Shown one piece after another: positions 10,138 to 18,548 of a stretch of 64,000 bases of DNA. Source of the DNA: Ilumatobacteraceae bacterium (GTDB lineage Bacteria > Actinomycetota > Acidimicrobiia > Acidimicrobiales > Ilumatobacteraceae). Numbering within the stretch: the stretch's first letter is position 1; every line of letters begins with the position of its first letter. Location of the stretch: assembly GCA_043721915.1 (NCBI GenBank), contig JAYSPV010000112.1, positions 6,386 through 70,385 of the forward strand, in the 5' to 3' direction. The position numbers were made by a program, and so were the translations under genes. Below the pieces are notes generated by a model. The model was given only the letters and a program-made list of their open reading frames with translations. It did no database searches and was not told the origin of the DNA.

Positions 10138-10503
10138 TTACACCCAGCGCAGAACGCCCTTGCGCCACGCGTACACGAGGCCAAGGAGCAGGACGAAGAC
10201 GAAAATGCCCATCTCGACGAGGCCGAAGACCCCGTAGGTTTCGAGGCGGGTTGCCCAGGGGAAGATGAAGACGGCTTCCACATCGAACACCACGAACAGC
10301 AACGCGAAGATGTAGTAGCGCACCTGGCTCTGCGACCAACCATCGCCGACCGGGTTGACGCCACTCTCGTAGGCCATGTTCTTCTCTGCCGACGGCTTGT
10401 TCGGCCGAAGAATGGCGGAGATGCCGAGCAGCAGGCTGGCCAGCACTACGGCAACGGCACCGAACCACACCACGTTGAGGTAGTCACGCAGGAAGTCAGA
10501 CAT
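10138..10503 (-). CDS. nuoA: NADH-quinone oxidoreductase subunit A (operon 1)
   Basis: YESGVNPVGDGWSQSQVRYYIFALLFVVFDVEAVFIFPWA is typical NuoA. The start is taken at MSDFLRD (10503) rather than the tracked 10542. Confidence 0.88.
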   Translation of the reverse strand: MSDFLRDYLNVVWFGAVAVVLASLLLGISAILRPNKPSAEKNMAYESGVNPVGDGWSQSQVRYYIFALLFVVFDVEAVFIFPWATRLETYGVFGLVEMGIFVFVLLLGLVYAWRKGVLRWV

Positions 10504-10526
10504 CGGGCACGACGCTACTACGCCGT

Positions 10527-10958
10527 GTGAATGGCTCCACAAATGGGACGACTGTTTGCCGGATCCGAGCGGTCACCGTGCCCAGTCTCGGTGCGGAAAC
10601 GTTTCCTCTTCGTGGCCTGCTCTTACGCCGGGCGGTGCTCGGGGTGCTCCTGACCGCCGGCCGGCCGATGTCGCCTTCGGAGGTAGCAGACGTGTTGAGC
10701 AACGCCGGCGCCACGACCGATCCTCGTCTCACGAAGGGACCGAGCCGGGTGATCGCCGATCTGTTGGCGTATCAAGTACGCGCCGGCCACGTAGTGAAGG
10801 TTGCGCCAGCCATGTTCGCAGTGCTCCCCTCGAGCATGAGCCGCTCGACCCAGCAGCGCTGCCTGCGCTGGCGCCGAGAACTCGACCGGCTCATTGCCGA
10901 GACCCGCCGATGGTCCGAGCCCGCTGAGATGCGCCGTGGTGAAGAACTCCACCACTGA
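10527..10958 (+). CDS. Hypothetical small protein, possible winged-helix DNA-binding fold
   Basis: The segment LRRAVLGVLLTAGRPMSPSEVADVL...VIADLLAYQVRAGHVVKV resembles a wHTH recognition region. It is divergent from nuoA1. The true start is probably downstream of 10527 (for example GTG about 10578), because only 23 nt separate 10527 from the nuoA start. Confidence 0.45.
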   Translation: MNGSTNGTTVCRIRAVTVPSLGAETFPLRGLLLRRAVLGVLLTAGRPMSPSEVADVLSNAGATTDPRLTKGPSRVIADLLAYQVRAGHVVKVAPAMFAVLPSSMSRSTQQRCLRWRRELDRLIAETRRWSEPAEMRRGEELHH

Positions 10959-10961
10959 CTT

Positions 10962-11008
10962 GGGTCACCTCTTTCGGACGCTTCCGGCGCGTCCGAAAGA
11001 GGTGACCC
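10962..11008 (+). terminator. Perfect 20-bp-stem hairpin just after the stop of the preceding ORF (putative intrinsic terminator or protein-binding palindrome)
   Basis: GGGTCACCTCTTTCGGACGC (10962-10981), a 7-nt loop TTCCGGC, then GCGTCCGAAAGAGGTGACCC (10989-11008). The two arms are exact reverse complements. No U-tract follows. Confidence 0.5.
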
Positions 11009-11048
11009 GCTGGATAGCAGCTCCGGCCCGACCGGAGTCGCCGACCCG

Positions 11049-11624
11049 GTGTGGAATCATGAGGCGGTGCCGTACTTCATCGAGCGAGACACGCTGACCA
11101 TCATCGTCACTGCGCCGGGCAGTGACCCGCCGCACAACAGCGACGTCATCGACGGTGAGACTGTTGCGGCGTGCGCTGAGTTCCTGCGCCACGGTGAGGC
11201 GATCACGGCGGTGCAGAGATCTGCGCTGCTGGTGGGCGACGCGAACGGATACATCAACGGAGTCGATCCGGAGGCCGCGGCAGTCCGACTCATGCGACAC
11301 GAACAGCAACGGGACTCGCCCGCTCTACCCGCCGCTGGCCAGTGGGAACACCGGGTGGTCCCGATGATCGAGTACCTCGGACTGGGGACCGCGCGAGGTA
11401 CGGCCGGACGAATGGAAGAGGCAAACAACCAGCTTGCCGCCGAGGGATGGGAGCTGGTGACGACTTCGGAACGCGACAGCCGTTGGATGGGCGGCGAGAC
11501 AGTCATCCTGACGGTCCGGAGATACGTGGTGACAGAGCACCTCTTCGCCGAACGATTCCGGGCGGAGGAGCGAATCCGTCAGCGAGTGCTTCGCGAGCTC
11601 GCAACCGACACCGGCACCCAGTAG
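11049..11624 (+). CDS. Hypothetical protein, C-terminal DUF4177-like segment
   Basis: The 191-aa ORF has a C-terminal part, WEHRVVPMIEY...EEANNQLAAEGWELVTTSE...ILTVRR, that resembles the small DUF4177 fold pattern. Codon usage has more A/T-ending codons (cga, gga, aga) than its neighbours. Confidence 0.45.
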   Translation: MWNHEAVPYFIERDTLTIIVTAPGSDPPHNSDVIDGETVAACAEFLRHGEAITAVQRSALLVGDANGYINGVDPEAAAVRLMRHEQQRDSPALPAAGQWEHRVVPMIEYLGLGTARGTAGRMEEANNQLAAEGWELVTTSERDSRWMGGETVILTVRRYVVTEHLFAERFRAEERIRQRVLRELATDTGTQ

Positions 11625-11630
11625 CGAACC

Positions 11631-13004
11631 TCAGGCCGGTGGCAAACCTTGCGTCGCGTCGAGCCACCACGACATTCCGCTCTCGATCTGCTCGCGAGTG
11701 ACACCACCCGCGTAGAACGCACCCGAGCGGGCCGGTGTGCCGGCCTTCGACCGCGCGTACGCGATCGCCTCGGCGAGGTCGGCGGCGAAATGTTCCACCA
11801 CACCCTCCTGTGTGTTCGGGCGGGTCACGCAGAAGTGCAATGCGGCCGGCTTCTGCAGGCCGTTCAATCGCCACCGTTGCGACGCCAGGTAGTCGTTCAC
11901 CAGGAAGATGTCGAGGCCGGATTCGTCGGTGGTGGTGAACGCGACGTTGAAGAACGGGTTGCCCAACACACGCAGTTCGGGCACGGCTTCGATCGTGGCC
12001 CGCAATGCGGCTGCGGTGCGGAAGATGTCGCCGGCGATTGCGAGATATCCCTCGCGACCGAGCGTCACCATCGCTGCCCACGCGGCCGCGATGATGCCAC
12101 CCGACCGTGAGCCACTCATCCCGGGCGACGTGTAGAGACCACCAGGCCATTCGGGCACGATGAAGTACTGCAGCCGGCGCAACTCTGCGCTGCGGTAGGT
12201 GAGCACACTCGAGCCCTTCAGCCCGAAGCCGTACTTGTGCGTGTCGGCGCTGATCGAGGTCACACCCGGCAGGCGGAAGTCCCAGGTGGGGACCGGGTAG
12301 CCGAGGTCCTGACCCCACGCAAGGATGAACCCGCCCAGGCAACCGTCGACGTGCAGGTTGATCCCGCGCTCGAGCGCGAGTTCGGACAGCTCCGAGATCG
12401 GGTCGATCAGACCGTGCGGGTAGGTACCGGCGGAACCGACCAACGCCACCGTGTTCTCGTCGATCAGCGACCGCACCGAATCCATGTCGGCGATGAACTC
12501 GTCCGTCACCGCGGCCTTGCGCAGATCGATGCCGAAGTAGTGCCCACCCTTGTCGAGCGCAGGGTGCGCGGTGACCGGCATCACAACGTTCGGATTGGCG
12601 ATTCCGCGCGCGCGACCCCACTCGCGGTAGACGAGCAGCGGGTTCATCAGGCTCTCGGTGCCGCCGCTGGTGAGCACACCGAAGGGGCCACCCTCCACCG
12701 CGCCCGGCGCATGCAACAGATCAGCGGTCATCGCGATGATCTCGCCCTCGAAGCGGGTGGCGCTGGGGTACATGTCGCGCTGCAGCACGTTGGCGTGGCT
12801 GTAGTGGCCGAACACCTCGTTGAGGAACTCGTAGTGCTCCTCGTCACCGCTGTAGATGCTGCCGCTGACCTTGCCCTCGTGGTAGGGCGAGTCCTCGATC
12901 TCGGCCATCGCCTCGATCTCGGCGAGCACGTCGGCTCGCGGACGACCCTGCTGAGGAAAGGCCCGGGTGACGGGAAAACGTTCGGCGTAGGGGTACAAGC
13001 CCAT
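11631..13004 (-). CDS. PLP-dependent lyase/decarboxylase, sphingosine-1-phosphate-lyase-like (group II decarboxylase fold)
   Basis: GVLTSGGTESLMNP plus the PLP-lysine motif SISADTHKYGFGLKGSSVLTYR match the SPL-type signature. The start MGLYPYAERF is at 13004. The upstream part of the tracked 580-aa ORF is Arg-rich shadow over the FGGY gene. Confidence 0.75.
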   Translation of the reverse strand: MGLYPYAERFPVTRAFPQQGRPRADVLAEIEAMAEIEDSPYHEGKVSGSIYSGDEEHYEFLNEVFGHYSHANVLQRDMYPSATRFEGEIIAMTADLLHAPGAVEGGPFGVLTSGGTESLMNPLLVYREWGRARGIANPNVVMPVTAHPALDKGGHYFGIDLRKAAVTDEFIADMDSVRSLIDENTVALVGSAGTYPHGLIDPISELSELALERGINLHVDGCLGGFILAWGQDLGYPVPTWDFRLPGVTSISADTHKYGFGLKGSSVLTYRSAELRRLQYFIVPEWPGGLYTSPGMSGSRSGGIIAAAWAAMVTLGREGYLAIAGDIFRTAAALRATIEAVPELRVLGNPFFNVAFTTTDESGLDIFLVNDYLASQRWRLNGLQKPAALHFCVTRPNTQEGVVEHFAADLAEAIAYARSKAGTPARSGAFYAGGVTREQIESGMSWWLDATQGLPPA

Positions 13005-13023
13005 GGTGGCTCCTTGCGACAGA

Positions 13024-14526
13024 TCAGTGGGTTCGAGCGGAGAGTGCGGGGTGCAGCGCAGCGAGACGGGCAAGCGCACCGTCCATCCGTGAGCGGCTGG
13101 ACGGGTCGGGCTCGTGTACCTGCGCAGTGTGCAACAGCGACGGTACGTCGGAAAGGACGAGCATGCCGAGCGCTGCGAACGCAAGGAAGGCCGCACCGCG
13201 GGCATTCGTCGCGCGCGGTGCGGCCAGCCGATGCACCGGGCGGTCGGCCGCGTCGGCCAACAACTGCGCCCACAGCGGGCTCTGCGCGCCGCCACCACCG
13301 AAACGCAGGAACGAGAACTCGTTACCGACGAACGCCTCGACATGCGGCAGCAACCACGCGAGGTTGAGGGCAATGCCTTCCAGCGTGGCGCGCATCGCGT
13401 GCCGACGATCGTGCGTCAGACCGAGCCCGATGTACGCGCCACGCACGTCATCATTCGGTTGCGGTGCGTTGGAACCGATCAGCCACGGCAGGAACTGTGC
13501 GCCGTCGGCGTCCACCGCGGCCGCATCGGCGAGCGCGGACTCGACGTCGGCGCCGTAACCGAACAGTTGGCGCGCCCATTCGAACGCCCGGCCACCGACG
13601 CCGTTCTCCGCCATCACGTAGTACATCCCGTGCAACGGGCTGGGCACCGCCAGCAGGCCGGCACGGATGTTGCCACGCCCTTGCGCAACATCGTGCTGCG
13701 CGATGTGGCTGACCATCACCGAGGTGGTGCCGATGATCACCGAGCCATCCGTGGGCCCGAGCGCACCCGTGCCGACTGCCGAGGTGATCGAATCGATGGT
13801 GCCGGCGACGACCGGCGTGCCCGCCGCAATCCCCAACTCGGCGGCCACCGCTGACGTGACGCCACCGACGACGCTGTTCATCGGCACCAGCGGCGCCAGC
13901 TTCGACGGGTCGAGCCGTGTGGCAGCAACCAGCACCGGGTCGTACTCGGTGGCGCCCCATGTGCGGTTGTCGCAGACCAGCTGGCCGAACACCGTCGACT
14001 GCGTGGCAGTGACTCGGCCGGTCAGCCGCGCCGTCAGGTAGTCCATCGGTTCCACCAGCGCGGCCGCGTTCGCGTATGCCGACGGGTGTCGGGTCTGCAA
14101 CACGTGCGCGTGGGCGACGTTGTCGTGCCCGCTCGGTAGCGGCATCATCCCGTGTCGTTCGACGAACAGCGCGAACGAGTCGCGGTCGAGCAAGCTGCGG
14201 CTGTGTGCCGCAGCACGGCTGTCCATCCACAGGATGCACGGCCCTGTCGGCATGCCATCGGCCGCGACGGGCACGGTGCTCATGTACTGGCTCGTCACGG
14301 CCACGGCCGCGATCGGCGGGGTCGGCCGCACCGCGGCGACGAGCTCCTGCGTCGCCGCCACGACAGCGGCCCACATCGCGTTCGGGTCCTGCTCGGCACC
14401 GCCATCGGGCAGCAGCTCAGTCGCAACCTCGGCGCTGCGCCACCCGAGCGTGCTGCCGTCCGAGCCGACGAGCGCGACCTTCGGGCCACCCGTACCGAGA
14501 TCGATGGCCAGCACGTACTCCGTCAC
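13024..14526 (-). CDS. FGGY-family carbohydrate kinase (xylulokinase-like)
   Basis: The N-terminal MTEYVLAIDLGTGGPKVALV is an actin-like ATPase phosphate-1 motif. The 500-aa length and ...FGGGGAQSPLWAQLLADA near the C-terminus are typical of FGGY kinases. Confidence 0.8.
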   Translation of the reverse strand: MTEYVLAIDLGTGGPKVALVGSDGSTLGWRSAEVATELLPDGGAEQDPNAMWAAVVAATQELVAAVRPTPPIAAVAVTSQYMSTVPVAADGMPTGPCILWMDSRAAAHSRSLLDRDSFALFVERHGMMPLPSGHDNVAHAHVLQTRHPSAYANAAALVEPMDYLTARLTGRVTATQSTVFGQLVCDNRTWGATEYDPVLVAATRLDPSKLAPLVPMNSVVGGVTSAVAAELGIAAGTPVVAGTIDSITSAVGTGALGPTDGSVIIGTTSVMVSHIAQHDVAQGRGNIRAGLLAVPSPLHGMYYVMAENGVGGRAFEWARQLFGYGADVESALADAAAVDADGAQFLPWLIGSNAPQPNDDVRGAYIGLGLTHDRRHAMRATLEGIALNLAWLLPHVEAFVGNEFSFLRFGGGGAQSPLWAQLLADAADRPVHRLAAPRATNARGAAFLAFAALGMLVLSDVPSLLHTAQVHEPDPSSRSRMDGALARLAALHPALSARTH

Positions 14527-14601
14527 GCAACCACATTGCCAGATGCGCCACCGCAGGGCACCGTGTCGCTCGAACCCCGAGGCGTGCTACACCTTGTCAT
14601 C

Positions 14602-15531
14602 ATGACTCGCCAGATGACGTCCCACGCCGACGTCGAGGCGCTCGCGCGCCAGGTTCCCGGTTGGGCCGATCAGCCGATCGAGGTCTCCCACCTGCACGGC
14701 GGGATCACCAACACGAACTTCGTGGCACGGGTGGACGGCCAGCCATTCGTCATCCGCATCCCTGGCGAGCGCACCGAGTTGCTGGGCATCGATCGCGCCA
14801 ACGAGGCCGAAGCCGCAACCCGTGCTGCCCAGCTCGGCATCGGCCCGTCGGTCATCGGCGAACTGCCGGGGATCGGCACGCTGATCACCGCCCTCGTGCC
14901 CGGGCGCCATCTCGAACCGGTGCCATTCACCAATCGCCTCGTTGAGGTCGTGGGCCTCCTGCACACGTTCCACAACAGCGGGCCACTGCGTGGGGCATTC
15001 CCCATCCACCGCGTCGTGGAATGGCACGCACGCGATGCGTCCTCCTACGGCGTGGTGCCGCCACCGTCGTACGGGATGCTGCATCAGCAGAGTCGCCGCA
15101 TCGAGGCCGCGTTCGCGGTCAACCCTCTGCCGGCGGTGCCATGCCACAACGACCTGCTGCCCGGCAACGTGCTGTTCGACGAGGCCGGCGATCGAGTGTG
15201 GCTGCTCGACTTCGAGTACGCCGGCATGAACGACCGCTTCTTCGACCTCGGCAACCTCAGCGTCAACTGCGGCCTCGACAAGGCCGGAGACGAGACCTTG
15301 CTGCGCCTCTACTTCGGCGAGGTCACCGCGCCGCGCCTGGCCCGACTGGCGCTGATGAAGATGATGAGCGAGTTCCGTGAAGGCATGTGGGCCGTCGTGC
15401 AGCAGGCGATCAGCACGCTCGACACCGACTTCGTGGCCTACGCACACGAGCGGTTGGGCAACTGCGAGCGCTTGGCCACGCAGCCTCAGTTCGAGCAGTG
15501 GCTCACGGACGCCGCCGGCCCGGTCGCCTGA
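14602..15531 (+). CDS. Choline/ethanolamine-kinase-like phosphotransferase (APH fold)
   Basis: GGITNTNFVARVDGQPFVIRIPG, the Brenner-type CHNDLLPGNVLFD and WLLDFEYAGMNDRFFDLGN motifs. ATG 14602 is in frame with the tracked ORF that starts at 14152. Confidence 0.8.
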   Translation: MTRQMTSHADVEALARQVPGWADQPIEVSHLHGGITNTNFVARVDGQPFVIRIPGERTELLGIDRANEAEAATRAAQLGIGPSVIGELPGIGTLITALVPGRHLEPVPFTNRLVEVVGLLHTFHNSGPLRGAFPIHRVVEWHARDASSYGVVPPPSYGMLHQQSRRIEAAFAVNPLPAVPCHNDLLPGNVLFDEAGDRVWLLDFEYAGMNDRFFDLGNLSVNCGLDKAGDETLLRLYFGEVTAPRLARLALMKMMSEFREGMWAVVQQAISTLDTDFVAYAHERLGNCERLATQPQFEQWLTDAAGPVA

Positions 15532-15534
15532 ACC

Positions 15535-15951
15535 TCAGCCGACCCACGGGCCCATGCCCGTGACCCGGTTGATCGTGATGCGTGCGATGCGGCCCGCAGG
15601 AGGGTTGTCCATCGGCGGGAACTTCACATCGGGGCCGAGGAACATCGGGGCGAGGGCCTGCAACAGTTCGGGGGCGCCACCGGCTGTGATCCTCGCCGTG
15701 GCCGTGGAGGACGGCGTAATTGTCGAGTCCGATCTGGTTGGCGCCCGGCGCCTCGAAGGACACCGTCACCCGCGGGTCGCGCTGCATGTTGCGCATCTTC
15801 TGACCGTCGCCGAGGTGTGCCACCAGCACGTCGTCGCCGTCACGGCCGAGCCACACCACGGTGACCTGCGGCGAGCCATCGGGGTTGAGCGTGACGAGGT
15901 GACCATGCACCCCGTGTCGATGAGCGCTTTCAAGTCAGGATGCAGTTCCAT
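15535..15951 (-). pseudogene. PPOX-class (pyridoxamine-5-phosphate-oxidase-like, probably F420-dependent) gene disrupted by two frameshifts
   Basis: Three in-order segments lie in two frames. MELHPDLKALIDTG is in the frame of ATG 15951. HLVTLNPDGSPQVTVVWLGRDGDDVLVAHLGDGQKMRNMQRDPRVTVSFEAPGANQIGLDNYAVLHG is in the frame of tracked ORF 15503..15910. ARITAGGAPELLQALAPMFLGPDVKFPPMDNPPAGRIARITINRVTGMGPWVG-stop returns to the first frame and ends at 15535. The shifts fall at a C4 run (15910-15913) and near 15695-15700. Confidence 0.7.
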
Positions 15952-16049
15952 GCGCCAACGGTATACGCCAGACCACCCACGCGGAACGGGCCGGTCCCCG
16001 GCCACTCAGACAGGGAACCGGCCCACGCTTCAGCGCTGACGCTCGGCAG

Positions 16050-17726
16050 CTAGACCGCCCGGCCGTGCTCCACAGCGTCGAGCTCGCGCTCGATTGCACG
16101 GAGCTCTTCGGGTGTGCCCTGCACCTTCGGGCCAGTGAACCACTTCTTGCCACCGAACCTCCAGTACAGGCCAAAGGCAATGGCGGAGGTGATGATCAAC
16201 GGCGCTGTGAAGTTGAAGTTGTTCTGGCGGAAGAACACTCCGTCGCCCGCGATGTCGTTCTTGTCGCCCCAGATCGGCCAGAACGGCCAGAACAGGGGGG
16301 CGAAAAACAGGACCGTGATGAGTGCGATCCAGACCAGCGCCGTCCAACCGACCAGCTTGTGCCTGCCCTTCAAGTTCCACGGACCCGTCTTGAATTCGGG
16401 ATTTGTCAGCCGCAGGTAGATCGGAATCGCATAGGCGATGTACAAACCGATCACGCAGATGCCTGTCATCGCGAAGAAGGCCGTCGAGAACCTGCCGACT
16501 CCGCTGCCCTTGACGTACAGCGAAGTGGACCCGAGGAGCGCTGACAGACCAACGCCAAGCCACACCGAGTTCGTTGGCGTGCGTGTCTTCGGGTTGATCT
16601 TGTGCCAGATCTTCGATCCGGGCAGTGCACCGTCGCGGCTGAATGCGTAGATCATTCGGCTGTTGGCAGTCACGGAGGCCATACCGCAGAAGAACTGGCC
16701 GATGATGCAGATGAAGATCAAGAGCTTGGCCAGTCCTGTGCCAACGGCGCCGGAGATCAGCCGGTTGGCGGCGTTGATCAGGAACGGGTCCTCCGCGGGC
16801 CCGAAGGCGATGCCGTCGTACCCACGACCCAGGCGATCGACGCCGCCCTTCTTGGGGAGCGCAGAGATCATCGACAAGTTGAGCACCAGGGCCGCGATCG
16901 CCGAGATATAGATCGACCGCACAATTGCCTTCGGTGCCTCGGTGCGAGCACCGACGGTCTCCTCGCTGACGTGCGCCGAGGCGTCGAAACCAGTGATCGT
17001 GTACTGCGCCAGCAACATTCCGAGGGCGAACAGGTACACGGTGATGAATACTCCTCCGGACCAGCCCGTCATCGAATAGCCGACGTTGTCGGCGCCATCG
17101 AATGCCGCCCCGATGCCACGGTTGTTGGTCGGCGCGATGAACAGCACGCCGGCGATGACCGCCACGCCGATCACATGCCACCAGACGCTGATGTCGCCGA
17201 GGACCTTGACCAGGTTGATGCTGAACGTGTTCAGCAAGCCGTGAGCCAGCAGCACCAGCAGGAAGATCAGGAAGATCCCGTTGACGGTCAGCCGGTACGA
17301 GTCGTCGAACATGCGGATGAAGTAGCCGATGAACACGGCCAACGCATAGTCGACGCTGGCGATGACGCCGATCTGCCCGAGCAGGTTGAACCAGCCGGTG
17401 AACCAAGCCCACCGCGCACCGTTCTTCTTGGCCAACTTGGCTGACCAGTAGTACAGGCCGCCGGCTGTGGGATAGGCGGAGCAAATCTCCGCCATCGCCA
17501 TGCCGACCAGCAGTGCGAAGAAGCCGACGATGATCCAGCCGAGTGTGATCACTCGTGGACCACCGGTGACCATCCCGAGCCAGAATGCCGTCATGCCACC
17601 GGCGAGGATCGAGATGATCGAGAAGCTGATCGCGAAGTTGCTGAACGTTGACATGCCGCGGTGCAGCTCTTGGGCGTAGCCCATCGAATGCAAATGGTCG
17701 CGGTCTTCATCCACAGTGTCTGCCAT
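16050..17726 (-). CDS. APC-superfamily amino acid/amine permease
   Basis: Polytopic ORF with FSNFAISFSIISILAGG...AEICSAYPTAGGLYYWSAKLA, typical of the APC family. The start MADTVDEDRD at 17726 is preceded by AAGGAGGGG. Confidence 0.85.
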   Translation of the reverse strand: MADTVDEDRDHLHSMGYAQELHRGMSTFSNFAISFSIISILAGGMTAFWLGMVTGGPRVITLGWIIVGFFALLVGMAMAEICSAYPTAGGLYYWSAKLAKKNGARWAWFTGWFNLLGQIGVIASVDYALAVFIGYFIRMFDDSYRLTVNGIFLIFLLVLLAHGLLNTFSINLVKVLGDISVWWHVIGVAVIAGVLFIAPTNNRGIGAAFDGADNVGYSMTGWSGGVFITVYLFALGMLLAQYTITGFDASAHVSEETVGARTEAPKAIVRSIYISAIAALVLNLSMISALPKKGGVDRLGRGYDGIAFGPAEDPFLINAANRLISGAVGTGLAKLLIFICIIGQFFCGMASVTANSRMIYAFSRDGALPGSKIWHKINPKTRTPTNSVWLGVGLSALLGSTSLYVKGSGVGRFSTAFFAMTGICVIGLYIAYAIPIYLRLTNPEFKTGPWNLKGRHKLVGWTALVWIALITVLFFAPLFWPFWPIWGDKNDIAGDGVFFRQNNFNFTAPLIITSAIAFGLYWRFGGKKWFTGPKVQGTPEELRAIERELDAVEHGRAV

Positions 17727-17795
17727 GGATCCCCTCCTTGTGTAGGCATCAGAGACTCTTCGAGCCGCCAATACCCCCACTCGCAGCCCGACGAG

Positions 17796-18497
17796 TTATG
17801 CGAGGTTTAGCACGTCGTGGAACTCGCTCGGAACGATGCTCTCGCAGAACCAGTCGACGATGCGGTCGGCGTTCTCCCTGCTGTCGCCGACCGATGCCTG
17901 CGTGGCGGCCATCAGCGCTTCCGCGCTGGAACCGATGCGGACGAGTTCGTCGGCGCCCAAGCCGGTGGTCCACCGACGCAGCATCGCCTCGTTGGCCTCC
18001 GGGTGGAACTGCGTACAGAAGTTGCGGCCCAGCTTCCATGCCTGCGGGCCGACTGCGCTACGCGCCAGCTCGGTGGCGTGGCCGGGGACCGTGACCACGT
18101 CGTAGTGCCACTGCATCCACGGGCCTTCGGCGATGGTCGTCGGGATGTCGGAGACGACATCCATCCAGCCGATCTCGGGCTCGCGAGCGCGCTCGACCGT
18201 GCCACCGAAGGCATGGGCCATCACCTGGTTGCCGAAGCAGATACCGAACACTGGCACTCCACGGCGGGCGGCCTCATGGAGGACTGCCACTTCGGCCGAC
18301 ACGCTGTGCGCGACCTCGGGCCAGTAGACGCTCCACTCGCTGCCGAGCAGCAGCACCAGCTCGTGACCGTCGAGCGACGGCCAGTCGCCGGGGTGCTCGC
18401 GGTGGCACTCGTCGAACGCATAGCCGTGCGAGTGGAACCGCTCGCCGACGAAACCGGCATCGGCATCATTTGCATTGGCGATGAGCAAGGCGCGCAC
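17796..18497 (-). CDS. Class I glutamine amidotransferase-like protein
   Basis: GVPVFGICFGNQVMAHAFGG (nucleophile elbow with Cys) and a later QFHPE motif. Confidence 0.75.
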   Translation of the reverse strand: MRALLIANANDADAGFVGERFHSHGYAFDECHREHPGDWPSLDGHELVLLLGSEWSVYWPEVAHSVSAEVAVLHEAARRGVPVFGICFGNQVMAHAFGGTVERAREPEIGWMDVVSDIPTTIAEGPWMQWHYDVVTVPGHATELARSAVGPQAWKLGRNFCTQFHPEANEAMLRRWTTGLGADELVRIGSSAEALMAATQASVGDSRENADRIVDWFCESIVPSEFHDVLNLA

Positions 18498-18548
18498 GGC
18501 ACGTACCGTATCTCGTCGTTCGGCTGGAACGCCGTAGCGCGCTTCGGC

